DNA of 64,000 nt from an uncultured Bacteroidales bacterium (GCA_945836755.1 CAMAMB010000007.1:1828-65827), one strand, 5' to 3'; shown: positions 39,145-49,272, numbered from the stretch's first letter. Notes: a model not told the origin generated them from the letters alone. Translations and numbers: made by a program.

Positions 39145-39188
39145 AGTGCCGGTAGTATGGGGCAAAGTTCTCCCATACTACCGGCACT
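39145..39188. repeat. Perfect 17-bp inverted repeat (44-bp hairpin), REP-like or terminator
   Basis: AGTGCCGGTAGTATGGG-gcaaagttct-CCCATACTACCGGCACT. Confidence 0.9.
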
Positions 39189-39300
39189 ATTCAACCCCAA
39201 TGGGCGGAGCCTTCTCTCGTAAAACGGGAAATCTTGCCTATTTTTCCTGATTTTGTGCAATCTCCCTGTGGCAAATGGGAGGTTGCATTAATTTATTTTG

Positions 39301-39308
39301 TATTTTTG
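39301..39308 (+). promoter_or_regulatory. -7 promoter element (TATTTTTG)
   Basis: TAnnTTTG in an AT-rich patch upstream of the acyl-CoA ligase. Confidence 0.55.
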
Positions 39309-39476
39309 CGCAAACTTTGAAATATTGTGCGGCAGATATGGCAGGCGTCTCCATAGGCGTTCCCCGCTCTGCCCGGATATTTGTCAGCTCGAAAAACATT
39401 GTTCGAGGGACATGGGATGGTTTGTCATGCTGTCCGTCGCTCGGCGTAAAGATATAATTTTTACATACATACTTCC

Positions 39477-41162
39477 ATGGTTGATATACCTACTGAGTAT
39501 CAAGATTTCATTGGTCTCATCAGCAAGTGTCTTAGAGAGAATTGGGATGCCGACGCACTCACCGACTATCAAGGCGTAACGCTACAGTATAAGGACGTAG
39601 CCCGCAAGATAGAGAAACTACACATCTTGTTTGATAATGCCGGCGTGAAGCCCGGTGACCGCATTGCCTTGTGTGGTCGAAACAGCGCCCATTGGGCTGC
39701 GGCCTTCATGGCCACACTCACCTACGGCGCAGTGGCTGTCCCCATACTGCATGAGTTTAAGGCAAAGCAGGTGCACGACATCGTCAACCATTCCGAAGCC
39801 CGTCTGCTCTTTGTGGGTGATGTGGTATGGCCGGAGCTTACGCCCGAGGAGATGCCCCAGATTGAGGGCGTGATTTACATTCCCGACTACTCAGTAGTGT
39901 TCTCTCGCTCCGAGCTTCTTACCGATGCCCGTGAACGTCTCAACGAATTGTTCGGTAGGAAGTATCCCAAGTTCTTCCGTAAAGAGCACGTCACCTATAG
40001 GCCGCAGCCCGACGGCGAAGCCTTGGCGCTGATCAACTATACCAGCGGCACCACGTCAAACTCCAAGGGAGTGATGTTGCCCTACCGCGCCATTTGGTCT
40101 AACTACTGGTTCGCAGAAGAGGTGCTGGGCACAAAAGTCCAGCGAGGCGACAGCGTGATTTCGATGTTGCCGTTGGCCCACATGTACGGCATGGCCTTCG
40201 AGTTTATCTTCGAGTTCCTTCATGGTTGCCACGTCTACTATCTCACGCGCATACCTTCTCCCAAAATTGTGCTGAAGGCATTTTGCGACATCAAGCCCTC
40301 CATCATCATTTCCGTGCCTCTCATCATTGAGAAGATTATCAAGAAGAACGTGCTGCCCAAGCTACAGACGCCCGGCATGAAGATGCTTCTCAAGCTGCCC
40401 GTTATCAATACCCGCATACGCGACAAGGTGTGCGCTCACCTCAGGGAGGCCTTTGGTGGACGCTTCTACGAAATCATTGTGGGGGGCGCTGCCTTCAACA
40501 GTGAGGTAGAGACGTTGCTCAAGAAGATAGGCTTTAATTATACCGTGGGTTATGGCGCCACAGAGTGTGCTCCCATTATTACGTACGAAGATTGGCATTC
40601 GTTCCGTCAGGGTTCTTGCGGTAAGGCCGCCCCGCGCATGGAGGTGAAGGTTAATAGCAGCGATCCCGCCCGTGTGCCCGGTGAAATCCTGGCCCGTGGC
40701 GCCAATGTCATGATAGGTTACTTCAAAAATCAAGAAGCCACAGCCGCCGCGCTCGATGCCGATGGCTGGTATCATACAGGCGACTTGGGCGTGATGGATG
40801 CAGAAGGCAATCTGTTCATACGCGGTCGCTCGAAGAATATGCTGCTCGGCGCTTCGGGCCAGAATATCTACCCCGAGGAGATAGAGGATAAGCTCAACAC
40901 TTTGCCCTATGTCAATGAGAGCATCGTCATTCAGAAGGGCGAGAAGCTATATGCCCTGATCCACCCGGACTATGATGAAGCCGCTGCCGCAGGGCTTGAC
41001 GAAAACGGCCTCCGTGCTCAGATGGAGCAGAACCGTAAGGACCTCAATGAGATGGTTGCCGCTTACGAGAGGCTCTCTGGCTTCAAACTTTTCAAGGAGG
41101 AGTTTGAGAAGACGCCCAAGCGCAGCATCAAGCGCTTCCTTTATGAGAACGTGGAGATATAG
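39477..41162 (+). CDS. Long-chain fatty acid-CoA ligase (AMP-binding enzyme)
   Basis: YTSGTTSNSKG, GYGATE, WYHTGDLG, GQNIYPEEIE. Confidence 0.92.
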   Translation: MVDIPTEYQDFIGLISKCLRENWDADALTDYQGVTLQYKDVARKIEKLHILFDNAGVKPGDRIALCGRNSAHWAAAFMATLTYGAVAVPILHEFKAKQVHDIVNHSEARLLFVGDVVWPELTPEEMPQIEGVIYIPDYSVVFSRSELLTDARERLNELFGRKYPKFFRKEHVTYRPQPDGEALALINYTSGTTSNSKGVMLPYRAIWSNYWFAEEVLGTKVQRGDSVISMLPLAHMYGMAFEFIFEFLHGCHVYYLTRIPSPKIVLKAFCDIKPSIIISVPLIIEKIIKKNVLPKLQTPGMKMLLKLPVINTRIRDKVCAHLREAFGGRFYEIIVGGAAFNSEVETLLKKIGFNYTVGYGATECAPIITYEDWHSFRQGSCGKAAPRMEVKVNSSDPARVPGEILARGANVMIGYFKNQEATAAALDADGWYHTGDLGVMDAEGNLFIRGRSKNMLLGASGQNIYPEEIEDKLNTLPYVNESIVIQKGEKLYALIHPDYDEAAAAGLDENGLRAQMEQNRKDLNEMVAAYERLSGFKLFKEEFEKTPKRSIKRFLYENVEI

Positions 41163-41195
41163 TAGCGCCCCGTCACCTCACTAATTCATTCAGCT

Positions 41196-42023
41196 ATGCA
41201 ACAAGACATTGCCCCCGCGGAGCAGGCCACGTGTATGACCCTCCGTTCTGAGGGACTGGTTAAGAAGTATGGGCGACGCACTGTGGTCAATGGTGTTTCG
41301 TTCAACGTGAAGCAAGGAGAGATAGTTGGCTTGCTGGGTCCCAATGGAGCCGGCAAGACAACTTCCTTTTATATGACCACAGGCCTCGTATTGCCCAACG
41401 GCGGCCGTATCTTCCTCGACGATGAGGAGATAACCAAGGACCCTGTCTACAAACGCGCTCAAAAGGGCATTGGCTACCTGGCGCAAGAGGCTTCCGTCTT
41501 CCGCAAAATGAGTGTAGAGGACAACATCGCCTCGGTCTTGGAACTCACCGGCAGACCCTTAGACTATCGACGCGACAAACTCGAAAGCCTCATTACTGAG
41601 TTCAGTCTGCAAAAGGTGCGCAAGAACCTCGGCGACCAGCTCTCCGGCGGCGAGCGTCGCCGTACCGAGATAGCCCGCTGCCTCGCCATCGATCCAAAGT
41701 TTATCATGCTTGACGAGCCCTTTGCAGGCGTCGACCCTATCTCGGTGGAGGATATCCAGAAGATTGTCTGGAAGCTCAAATCGCGTAACATAGGCATCCT
41801 CATCACCGACCACAACGTGGAAGAGACGCTCTGCATCACCGATCGCGCCTACCTGCTCTTCGAGGGACGCATTCTCTTTCAAGGTACGCCCGAGGAACTA
41901 TCTGAAAATCAGGTGGTGCGCGACAAATACCTCACCAATAGCTTTAAGCTCCGCAAGAAAGATTTTTCTACCATGGGCGAGCCGGGAGTCACAGGCCGCA
42001 ACCGTGAAGAGATGGCCGGGTAG
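41196..42023 (+). CDS. lptB: LPS export ABC transporter ATP-binding protein
   Basis: GPNGAGKT, YLAQEASVF, LSGGERRR.EIAR, DEPFAGVDP, ITDHNV.ETL. Confidence 0.96.
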   Translation: MQQDIAPAEQATCMTLRSEGLVKKYGRRTVVNGVSFNVKQGEIVGLLGPNGAGKTTSFYMTTGLVLPNGGRIFLDDEEITKDPVYKRAQKGIGYLAQEASVFRKMSVEDNIASVLELTGRPLDYRRDKLESLITEFSLQKVRKNLGDQLSGGERRRTEIARCLAIDPKFIMLDEPFAGVDPISVEDIQKIVWKLKSRNIGILITDHNVEETLCITDRAYLLFEGRILFQGTPEELSENQVVRDKYLTNSFKLRKKDFSTMGEPGVTGRNREEMAG

Positions 42024-42085
42024 CCCGCCGCCGCCCTCTTCCTGCATTCACAGTCACACCATATCAGCCTTCAAACTTTTATACC

Positions 42086-44560
42086 ATGTTATCCCTATTA
42101 CTTGTCTCCCTCTGCCATCTGGCGAGCGATACCCTCGTGGTGGACAGAGCACAGGTCGAAGGGCCTTACCCCCTTGTCGTACCCTATACCACCGACACCC
42201 TCAATCTCTCGGGCAAGGCATTCGACATCACCGACCTTCTGAAACAGAATAAACCGGCATCGACTGACGCTTCTCCCGCTGTCCTGCGTGAGGTGAAAGC
42301 CGACCAGCCTTTAGGGCTTGCGTCTGCCGATACCGCCGCCGCGCCCTCAGCCTCGCTGGGCCTCTTCCGCTTCACCATTGAGACCCCTCGCTATGTCAAG
42401 GCCAGGCTTCACATCGACAAGGTGAAGCATTACCGCATCCTCATTGACGGCAACGAGGCCACTGCCGACCTTGAACTGCTGCCCGGCCGCCTCACGGTCG
42501 ATGTCCAGTTCCTCACCGAAGCCGGTAAGAGCGACAGCCTCAGTGTGCGGCTCACTGCCGACAGCCTTGCAGGGGTCGTCGTCAATGCCGAGGGTAAGCG
42601 CCCGTATACCATGGCTGATATGCTCAGAGGCGGGCACTATTATAATTGCCGCCTCTCGCCCAGTGGAAGCTACCTCCTGTACTCTGCCTATTACCGCAAG
42701 GCAGATGGGGGAGTGATGTATACCTCTACGCTCACACGCATGGCCGACGGCCGGCAGCTCTTCACCCGCGATGGCTATCTCGACTGGCAGTGGTGGCCCG
42801 TGGGCGACGACCGCCTCTACTTCACACGTCAGACAGTGAACGGCCGCGAGCTTGTCACCTACGACCCCGCCACACTCCGCGAGACCGTGCTGGCAGAGGG
42901 TATTCCTGATGGCAGTTTCTCGGTATCGCCCATAGGTGACTACCTGATCTATTCCCTTTCAGACGAAGGCCCTGCACCTTCGGACGGACTCAAAAAGCTC
43001 TTTGCGCCCGACGACCGTATGCCCGGCTGGCGCTACCGCAACGCCCTGTGGCGCTACGACCTCAAGACAAGGGTGAAGCAACGCCTCACCTACGGCAGCA
43101 CCTCCGTCTACCTCTCCGACATCTCGCAGGACGGTAAGCACCTGCTGCTCGAAGCCACCCGCATGGACCCTTCCAAGGCGCCCTTCGACAGGAAGACCAT
43201 CCTCGAGATGGATGCCTACACCGGTAAGGTAGACACCCTGCTGGCTGATACCATCTTCGTGCGTAATGTACGCTACTCTCCCGATGCCATGCGCCTGCTT
43301 GTCTGTGCCTCTCCGGCTTCGTTCGGCGGCCTCGGCAGTGAGGTGCTTCCTGACCAGCAGCCCAACTGTTTTGACTATCGGCTCTATCTCTATGATAAAC
43401 GTACCCGCCAGACCACCTTCCTCTTGCCGGACTTCGCCCCCTCCGTCGAAAACTATCTGTGGGCGCCCGGCAACGGCATGATATACTTCACAGCCACCGA
43501 TGGCTCACGCAACAGTTTCTTCTCGCTCCATCCCGACACCCGCCGGGTAGTGAAATACGCGTTGGAGGCCTCGTCCGTGCAGGGCTTCTCGGTAGGCCGC
43601 TTGCAGAAGAAACCTACCCTTGTCTACTTCGGGCAGAGCGCTGAGAGGGCACGCGAGATGTTTGTCGCCCGGCTTGACCATCAGGCGCCCAAGTCAGAGC
43701 GCATAGGGCCCCTCAGCTTCGACGAGACTGCTGCCCGGGTAGCCATCGGAAAGTGTCACGACTGGAAGTTCTGCACTTCACGCGGCGACTCCATTGATGG
43801 CTTCTACTTCCTGCCGCCCCGCTTCGATGTCACCAAGTCGTACCCCCTCATCGTCTACTACTACGGTGGCTGCACTCCCTCGTCGCAGTGTCTCGAATTT
43901 CAGTATCCCTTACAGGTACTCGCCGGGCAGGGTTATGTGGTCTATGTCACCAATCCCAGCGGCTGTATAGGCTATGGACAGGAGTTTGCGGCCCGTCATG
44001 TCAATGCGTGGGGACAGCGCACGGCATCCGACATTATCGAAGGCACTAAGCAGTTCTGTGCCGAGCACCCCTTCATAGACCCGGCGCGCATAGGCTGTAT
44101 GGGCGCTTCGTACGGGGGCTTCATGACGCAGTATCTGCAGACGCAGACCGACCTCTTCGCCGCAGCCATCTCCCACGCTGGCATCAGTAACATAGCCAGC
44201 TACTGGGGTGGAGGCTATTGGGGATATACCTACGGCGAGTGTGCCCAGTATGGCAGCTTCCCCTGGAATAATCCGAAGCTCTACGTAGAGCAGTCGCCCC
44301 TCTTCCAGGCCGACAAGATACATACCCCTCTCTTGCTTCTGCACGGCACGGTAGACACGAACGTGCCCACCAACGAGAGCCAACAAATGTACACTGCGCT
44401 CAAGATCCTTGGGCGCGAGGTGGCCTATGTGCAGGTAGATGGTCAGGATCATGTCATCACCGACTACAAGAAGCGTCTTGCCTGGCAGAATGTCATCTTT
44501 GCCTGGTTTGCCAAATATCTCAAGGGAGAGCCCGCCTGGTGGGATAGCTTGAAGCTGTAA
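42086..44560 (+). CDS. S9 family (prolyl oligopeptidase-like) peptidase, exported
   Basis: Beta-propeller-like repeats; GASYGG nucleophile, HG..DTNV, G.DH. Confidence 0.92.
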   Translation: MLSLLLVSLCHLASDTLVVDRAQVEGPYPLVVPYTTDTLNLSGKAFDITDLLKQNKPASTDASPAVLREVKADQPLGLASADTAAAPSASLGLFRFTIETPRYVKARLHIDKVKHYRILIDGNEATADLELLPGRLTVDVQFLTEAGKSDSLSVRLTADSLAGVVVNAEGKRPYTMADMLRGGHYYNCRLSPSGSYLLYSAYYRKADGGVMYTSTLTRMADGRQLFTRDGYLDWQWWPVGDDRLYFTRQTVNGRELVTYDPATLRETVLAEGIPDGSFSVSPIGDYLIYSLSDEGPAPSDGLKKLFAPDDRMPGWRYRNALWRYDLKTRVKQRLTYGSTSVYLSDISQDGKHLLLEATRMDPSKAPFDRKTILEMDAYTGKVDTLLADTIFVRNVRYSPDAMRLLVCASPASFGGLGSEVLPDQQPNCFDYRLYLYDKRTRQTTFLLPDFAPSVENYLWAPGNGMIYFTATDGSRNSFFSLHPDTRRVVKYALEASSVQGFSVGRLQKKPTLVYFGQSAERAREMFVARLDHQAPKSERIGPLSFDETAARVAIGKCHDWKFCTSRGDSIDGFYFLPPRFDVTKSYPLIVYYYGGCTPSSQCLEFQYPLQVLAGQGYVVYVTNPSGCIGYGQEFAARHVNAWGQRTASDIIEGTKQFCAEHPFIDPARIGCMGASYGGFMTQYLQTQTDLFAAAISHAGISNIASYWGGGYWGYTYGECAQYGSFPWNNPKLYVEQSPLFQADKIHTPLLLLHGTVDTNVPTNESQQMYTALKILGREVAYVQVDGQDHVITDYKKRLAWQNVIFAWFAKYLKGEPAWWDSLKL

Positions 44561-44885
44561 GCGCCCCATGCAGGCGTCCCCGCCGGCTGCATCCACCCGG
44601 TAGTTCAGGCTTTTTGAGGAAGAGTGCTGTTACCTCCCTCTCTCTTACGAATAAGCAAGTCCCGTACACGAAGTATATGCGCAGTGCATGGCTTCATGTA
44701 CGGGACTGTTGTATCTATGCCCCTTGCCGTCGGCGGCATGTCGTGAGAGCGACGCCCCTCCGTCCTGTCTGCGAGAGCGGTTTTTGTCCGACCGGTATTC
44801 CGCTTTCAGCTTCCACCTGCCCCGTCGTCCATTGGCGAAGCCTCTTTTTGTGTGGGCGTCAGGGGGTTTGCCGTTTCTGCATGCG

Positions 44886-44990
44886 TCCGGGTGAGTGACA
44901 TTGGGGCGGATGCAAGGTTGCATTGGGCCGAATGTTACCTTGCATTGGGGCGGATTTCACCTTGCATTGGGGCAGATTTCACTCGCCGGA
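44886..44990. repeat. 22-bp tandem array (~3.8 x CATTGGGGCGGATTTCACCTTG, 44899-44982) flanked by an imperfect inverted repeat
   Basis: Units start 44899, 44921, 44943, 44965; flanks TCCGGGTGAGTGA / TCACTCGCCGGA. Confidence 0.88.
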
Positions 44991-45240
44991 ATGCTTCTAA
45001 GATTGGCTGCCATGCATGTAGCGTCCGGCTGCGGGTATGGCATCGTGACGCCCGCCGGGTGAGGTAGGCCGGCCTGTGGGGGAGGGCGGCGGAGGAGAGG
45101 GAACGTGGTGTCGGAACAGGTGCTGGGGGGCATCATGCGCTTCGCCACACGTCAGGGCGGCGGCTCTGGGGCTGTGGGCTCTGACGTGTGGCGAAGGTGA
45201 AAGGGGGAAGCGAGTGGGCGAGGCGGGGCCGGCGTGCCTA

Positions 45241-45795
45241 CTATATGTCCTCCACGCAGAACTTCTCGGGATGGCGGGCGTGGAAGCCTTTGTAGTAGTT
45301 CATGACTGTGCGCAGGTCTTCGTCGACGTGACCGGAGGGAATGAGCGTCTGTGTGCACACAATCTTTTTCTCCTTGAAGTCGAGGGCGAAAAGCAGGATG
45401 GGTAGCTGCGCCTTGTGTGCAATGAAGTAGAAGCCGCGTTTCCACTGCGTCGCCTTAGAGCGTGTGCCTTCGGGGGTGACGGCGAGTGAGAAGGTGTCGG
45501 CATGTATGGCATAGTCTGCCAGCTGGTCGGTGAGGCTGGTGTGCTTGCTTCGCTCTACGGGTATGCCTCCCATGTGGCGGAAGAAGGGGCCGAGAGGACC
45601 TCTGAACCATTCGCGCTTCATGAGAAACTGCGAGGTGCGCCCCTTGGCGGCGTAATAGAGTTTGCCGATGATGAAGTCCCAGTTGCTGGTATGTGGAGCT
45701 ACGCAGATGATGCACTTGTCGGGGATGGGCTGCGTGAGACATTCGGTCCAGCCCATGAGGCGGTAGAGGATGAAGCGTGAGAGACGTTGGATCAT
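45241..45795 (-). CDS. 1-acyl-sn-glycerol-3-phosphate acyltransferase family (PlsC-like)
   Basis: PHTSNWD (HX4D), PEGTRS, W..GF..IA. Confidence 0.9.
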   Translation of the reverse strand: MIQRLSRFILYRLMGWTECLTQPIPDKCIICVAPHTSNWDFIIGKLYYAAKGRTSQFLMKREWFRGPLGPFFRHMGGIPVERSKHTSLTDQLADYAIHADTFSLAVTPEGTRSKATQWKRGFYFIAHKAQLPILLFALDFKEKKIVCTQTLIPSGHVDEDLRTVMNYYKGFHARHPEKFCVEDI

Positions 45796-45867
45796 GTGCA
45801 GGAAGGGAAAAAAAGAAGTAGGTGAAGGCGTCTGTCTTCACCTACTTGACGGGTTGGGGGATGTGTG

Positions 45868-46131
45868 TCAGACTTTCAGGATACGTTCGTTTAGGGCGTT
45901 GACCTTCTCGGTGAAGGTTGTCTTAAACTGGCGGAAGAATTGTTTCACCTGTCCGGGTTCCACGTGGCTGAGTCGTGCCACATAGTCGTTGTGGAGGGCG
46001 AGGATTTCGGTGATGATTTGCTCGAGCTCCTCCTTGTTGGTGTCGTTGCAGTAGCTGAGCACCATGCAGTCGGTAAGCAGAGAGGTGGTGATGTGCTTGA
46101 CAGACTTTTTGAGTTGCTTCTTGTTGGCCAT
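45868..46131 (-). CDS. Small hypothetical protein
   Basis: Clean ORF co-oriented with neighbours; MA.K..LKK.V..I...R.SH.EPG pattern recalled from Bacteroidales. Confidence 0.75.
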   Translation of the reverse strand: MANKKQLKKSVKHITTSLLTDCMVLSYCNDTNKEELEQIITEILALHNDYVARLSHVEPGQVKQFFRQFKTTFTEKVNALNERILKV

Positions 46132-46209
46132 GTTAGGTATGTTTGAAGGGTGAGAGATGCGTTGGGTGAGGTTGTGGCGCTTGGCGGTGAGGCGAGGGCC
46201 GCTTGTGTG

Positions 46210-46764
46210 TCAGGGCTGGAGGTGTAGTGGTGTGACGATGTCCATGCCTTTGAGTATGGCCTGCTCGTTGAGCGGGAGCAGGTGGTGGTGACGCTCCGGG
46301 AGTGACTTTCTGAGGGCTTTCATGACGCTCTCCACCTTGACGATGGGGTGTATCTTGAGGTAGGCGCCGAGTATGAACATGTTGAAGCACTTCATCATGG
46401 ACATTTCGGCGGCTGTGGTCATGGCGTCCACCTTGTAGGCTGTGATGTCGGTGCGTGTGGGTGTGTCCATGATGCCGAAGCTGTCGTAGATGAGGGTGCC
46501 GCCGTTTTTGACCTTGGGCTGGAACTTGTCGAGCGAGGGCTGGTTGAGCAGGATGGCGGTGTCGTAAGAGCTGAGGATGGGTGAGGAGATGGGCTCGGGG
46601 CTGATGATGACGGTGACATTGGCTGTGCCGCCTCGTTGTTCCGGTCCGTAAGCCGGCATCCACGTAACTTCTTTTTCCTCCATGAGGGCTGCGTATGCCA
46701 AGATCTTGCCCATGGAGAGTACGCCCTGTCCGCCAAATCCCGATATGATGATTTCTTGTTTCAT
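46210..46764 (-). CDS. 2-oxoacid:ferredoxin oxidoreductase gamma subunit
   Basis: GFGGQG, PAYGPEQRGG; start MKQEII (alternative 46785). Confidence 0.93.
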   Translation of the reverse strand: MKQEIIISGFGGQGVLSMGKILAYAALMEEKEVTWMPAYGPEQRGGTANVTVIISPEPISSPILSSYDTAILLNQPSLDKFQPKVKNGGTLIYDSFGIMDTPTRTDITAYKVDAMTTAAEMSMMKCFNMFILGAYLKIHPIVKVESVMKALRKSLPERHHHLLPLNEQAILKGMDIVTPLHLQP

Positions 46765-46781
46765 GACGCGGTGTATGTGGT

Positions 46782-47540
46782 TCACTTATCTTTGAGGTCG
46801 CCGATCTTGTAGAAGTCGAACATGTGTTCTTCCATCCACTGGTTAGCTTTGACGGGTGTCATTTTCCAGCCGGAGGAGCAGGTGCCTACGATTTCGATGA
46901 GGTTGGAGCCTTTTCCCTGCATGGAGTTTTCGAAGGCGTGTCTGAAGGCTTTTTTTGCGCGCCTTATGGCAGCTGCGGAGTGCACGCTCTGGCGGGTGAC
47001 GTAGGCCGTGCCTTCGAGATGGGCTGCGAGCTCTGTGATGTTGAGTGGGTATCCGTGTATGCGGGGGTCACGTCCGTAGGGACAGGTGACGGTCTTCATG
47101 CCGACGAGTGTGGTGGGCGCCATTTGTCCTCCCGTCATACCGTAGATGGCGTTGTTGACGAAGATCATGGTGATATGCTCTCCGCGGTTGAGGGTGTGGA
47201 GGCTTTCGGCGGTGCCTATGCAGGCGAAGTCGCCGTCGCCTTGATAGCTGAAGACGAGGCGGTCGGGCCAGAGTCGTTTGCAGGCTGTGGCCAAGGCAGG
47301 TGCACGGCCGTGGGCAGCTTCTTGCCAGTCGATGTCTATATACCTGTAGGCGAAGACGGCACAGCCTACGGGGCTGACGCCGATGGCTTTTTCCTGCAGC
47401 CCCATCTCTTCTATGGTCTCGGCTATGAGTTTGTGTACGACGCCATGCGAGCAGCCTGGGCAGTAGTGCATGGTCTCGTCGTTGAGGAGGGAGGGTTTCT
47501 TGTATACGAGGTTCTCAGGCTTGATTATTTCGTCTGTCAT
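46782..47540 (-). CDS. 2-oxoacid:ferredoxin oxidoreductase beta (TPP-binding) subunit
   Basis: YCPGC.HG, HGRA, QGDGD...NN.IYGMTGGQ. Confidence 0.94.
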   Translation of the reverse strand: MTDEIIKPENLVYKKPSLLNDETMHYCPGCSHGVVHKLIAETIEEMGLQEKAIGVSPVGCAVFAYRYIDIDWQEAAHGRAPALATACKRLWPDRLVFSYQGDGDFACIGTAESLHTLNRGEHITMIFVNNAIYGMTGGQMAPTTLVGMKTVTCPYGRDPRIHGYPLNITELAAHLEGTAYVTRQSVHSAAAIRRAKKAFRHAFENSMQGKGSNLIEIVGTCSSGWKMTPVKANQWMEEHMFDFYKIGDLKDK

Positions 47541-47817
47541 GTCTTGGGGCTTTATGTGTCATGCCGGGCATTCTGAGTGCCACTTCTATACCTTTGATGA
47601 TGACGGCCAGCAGGCCGATGGCGTAAAACAGGTGTGTGGTGGCGGGGCTGCTGCTGAGAGCGATGCCTGCCATGGCGATGATGGCTATCAGGATGAAGGT
47701 GGCATTGAGTATGTTGCGTATGAAGAGCAGCCTGGATGGGCGTCGTCTGCGTTCGGCTTCACGCTCGGGGTGCTTTAACCTTTCGAGGATGTCGTATTCT
47801 TCTTGTTGAGGGTACAT
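47515..47817 (-). CDS. Small two-TM membrane protein inside the oxidoreductase operon
   Basis: Two hydrophobic stretches (IRNILNATFILIAIIAMAGI; AIGLLAVIIKGIEVALR). Confidence 0.7.
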   Translation of the reverse strand: MYPQQEEYDILERLKHPEREAERRRRPSRLLFIRNILNATFILIAIIAMAGIALSSSPATTHLFYAIGLLAVIIKGIEVALRMPGMTHKAPRHDRRNNQA

Positions 47818-47867
47818 GGAGCTATGTGAGCGTTGCTGTGAGGTGACTGAGAGAGGCCGGCGGCGGG

Positions 47868-48959
47868 CTACTTGGCCAGCCCTTGTAGCTGTTTGAGGGC
47901 GTTGACTATCTCGTCCGGATCGGGCACGATGCCGCCGAGGCGTCCGTAGTGGGTGACGGGAATGCGTCCTTCCACGGAGTAGCGTACGTCGTGCACCATC
48001 TGGCCGGCGTTAATCTCGACCACCAGGATGCCCTTGAGCTGATGAGAGAGACGGCCTATCTCTTTGATGGGGAAGGGCCAGAGGGTGATGGGGCGGAACA
48101 GCCCGGCCTTGATGCCCTGCTCACGTGCTGTCTCGATGGCTTTCTCCGAGATGCGGGCGGCAGAGCCAAAGGCCACGATGCCCCATTCGGCGTCGTCCAT
48201 CTGCTTGGCCTCAAAGCGCACTTCGTGGTCGCGGATGGCCTGATACTTCTGCTGTAGATGGTGGTTCTTCTCCTCCATCTTGGCCGGGTCGAGCTCGAGA
48301 GAGGTAATCACATTGACGCCTCGCTGCTTGAGGCCCATTCCGTTTGAGGCCCAGGGGCATTCGCGTGCAATCTCTTCATTGGTGCGCCGGGGCTTGATGG
48401 GGGGCAACACGACCTTCTCCATCATTTGTCCGATGACGCCGTCGGAGAGTATCATGGCAGGATTGCGGTACTTGAATGCCAGCTCAAAGGCCAGGTCGAC
48501 GAAGTCGGCCATCTCTTGCACCGAGGCCGGGGCCAGCACAATGACTTCGTAGTCGCCGTTGCCGCCACCTCGGGTGGCCTGGTTGTAGTCGCTCTGAGAG
48601 GGCTGTATAGTGCCCAGGCCGGGACCGCCGCGCTGTACGTTGACGATGAGGCCCGGTATTTCGGCGCCGGCCATGTAGCTGATGCCTTCCTGCATGAGGG
48701 CTATGCCGGGTGAGGAGGAGGAGGTCATGACACGCTTGCCCGTGCCGCCTCCGCCGTATAGCATGTTGATGGAGGCCACTTCGCTCTCTGCCTGAACCAC
48801 TATCATGCCTGTGGTCTTCCAGGGCTCTAAGGCTGCGAGTGTCTCAAGCACCTCGCTTTGGGGCGTGATGGGATAACCAAAATAGCCATCACACCCGCAG
48901 CGTATGGCTGCGTGAGCGATGGCCTCGTTGCCTTTCAGAAGGAGTATTTCGTCGTTCAT
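47868..48959 (-). CDS. vorB: 2-oxoacid:ferredoxin oxidoreductase alpha subunit (VorB-type)
   Basis: KGNEA, GYPITPQSE, QAESE, TSSSSPG, RGGPGLG.IQP.Q.DY; start MNDEIL. Confidence 0.92.
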   Translation of the reverse strand: MNDEILLLKGNEAIAHAAIRCGCDGYFGYPITPQSEVLETLAALEPWKTTGMIVVQAESEVASINMLYGGGGTGKRVMTSSSSPGIALMQEGISYMAGAEIPGLIVNVQRGGPGLGTIQPSQSDYNQATRGGGNGDYEVIVLAPASVQEMADFVDLAFELAFKYRNPAMILSDGVIGQMMEKVVLPPIKPRRTNEEIARECPWASNGMGLKQRGVNVITSLELDPAKMEEKNHHLQQKYQAIRDHEVRFEAKQMDDAEWGIVAFGSAARISEKAIETAREQGIKAGLFRPITLWPFPIKEIGRLSHQLKGILVVEINAGQMVHDVRYSVEGRIPVTHYGRLGGIVPDPDEIVNALKQLQGLAK

Positions 48960-48964
48960 TGAAA

Positions 48965-49189
48965 TCAGATTTTTGTGCGGTAGACACTGATGCAGGCATC
49001 CGGGCATACCAGCCCGCAGGATGCACAGCCTATGCAGGCGTCGTTGGCTACGACGGCAAAGGCATAGCCTTTATGGTTGACCTCATTGGATGAGAGGCCC
49101 AGGGTCTTGGTCGGGCAGGCGTGGACGCAGAGGCCGCAGCCCTTACACTTGGCTGTATCAATGACCACAGTACCTACGATTTTGCTCAT
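48965..49189 (-). CDS. 2x[4Fe-4S] ferredoxin (delta subunit)
   Basis: CKGCGLC...CP and CIGCASC...CP. Confidence 0.95.
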   Translation of the reverse strand: MSKIVGTVVIDTAKCKGCGLCVHACPTKTLGLSSNEVNHKGYAFAVVANDACIGCASCGLVCPDACISVYRTKI

Positions 49190-49272
49190 ATTGTTAGAGG
49201 GATGGGGAGACGATGGATGTGACGGAAATCTTTTGTGGAGGCATGCCTTGGCGCTGGCAGCGCAGGCCCTCG

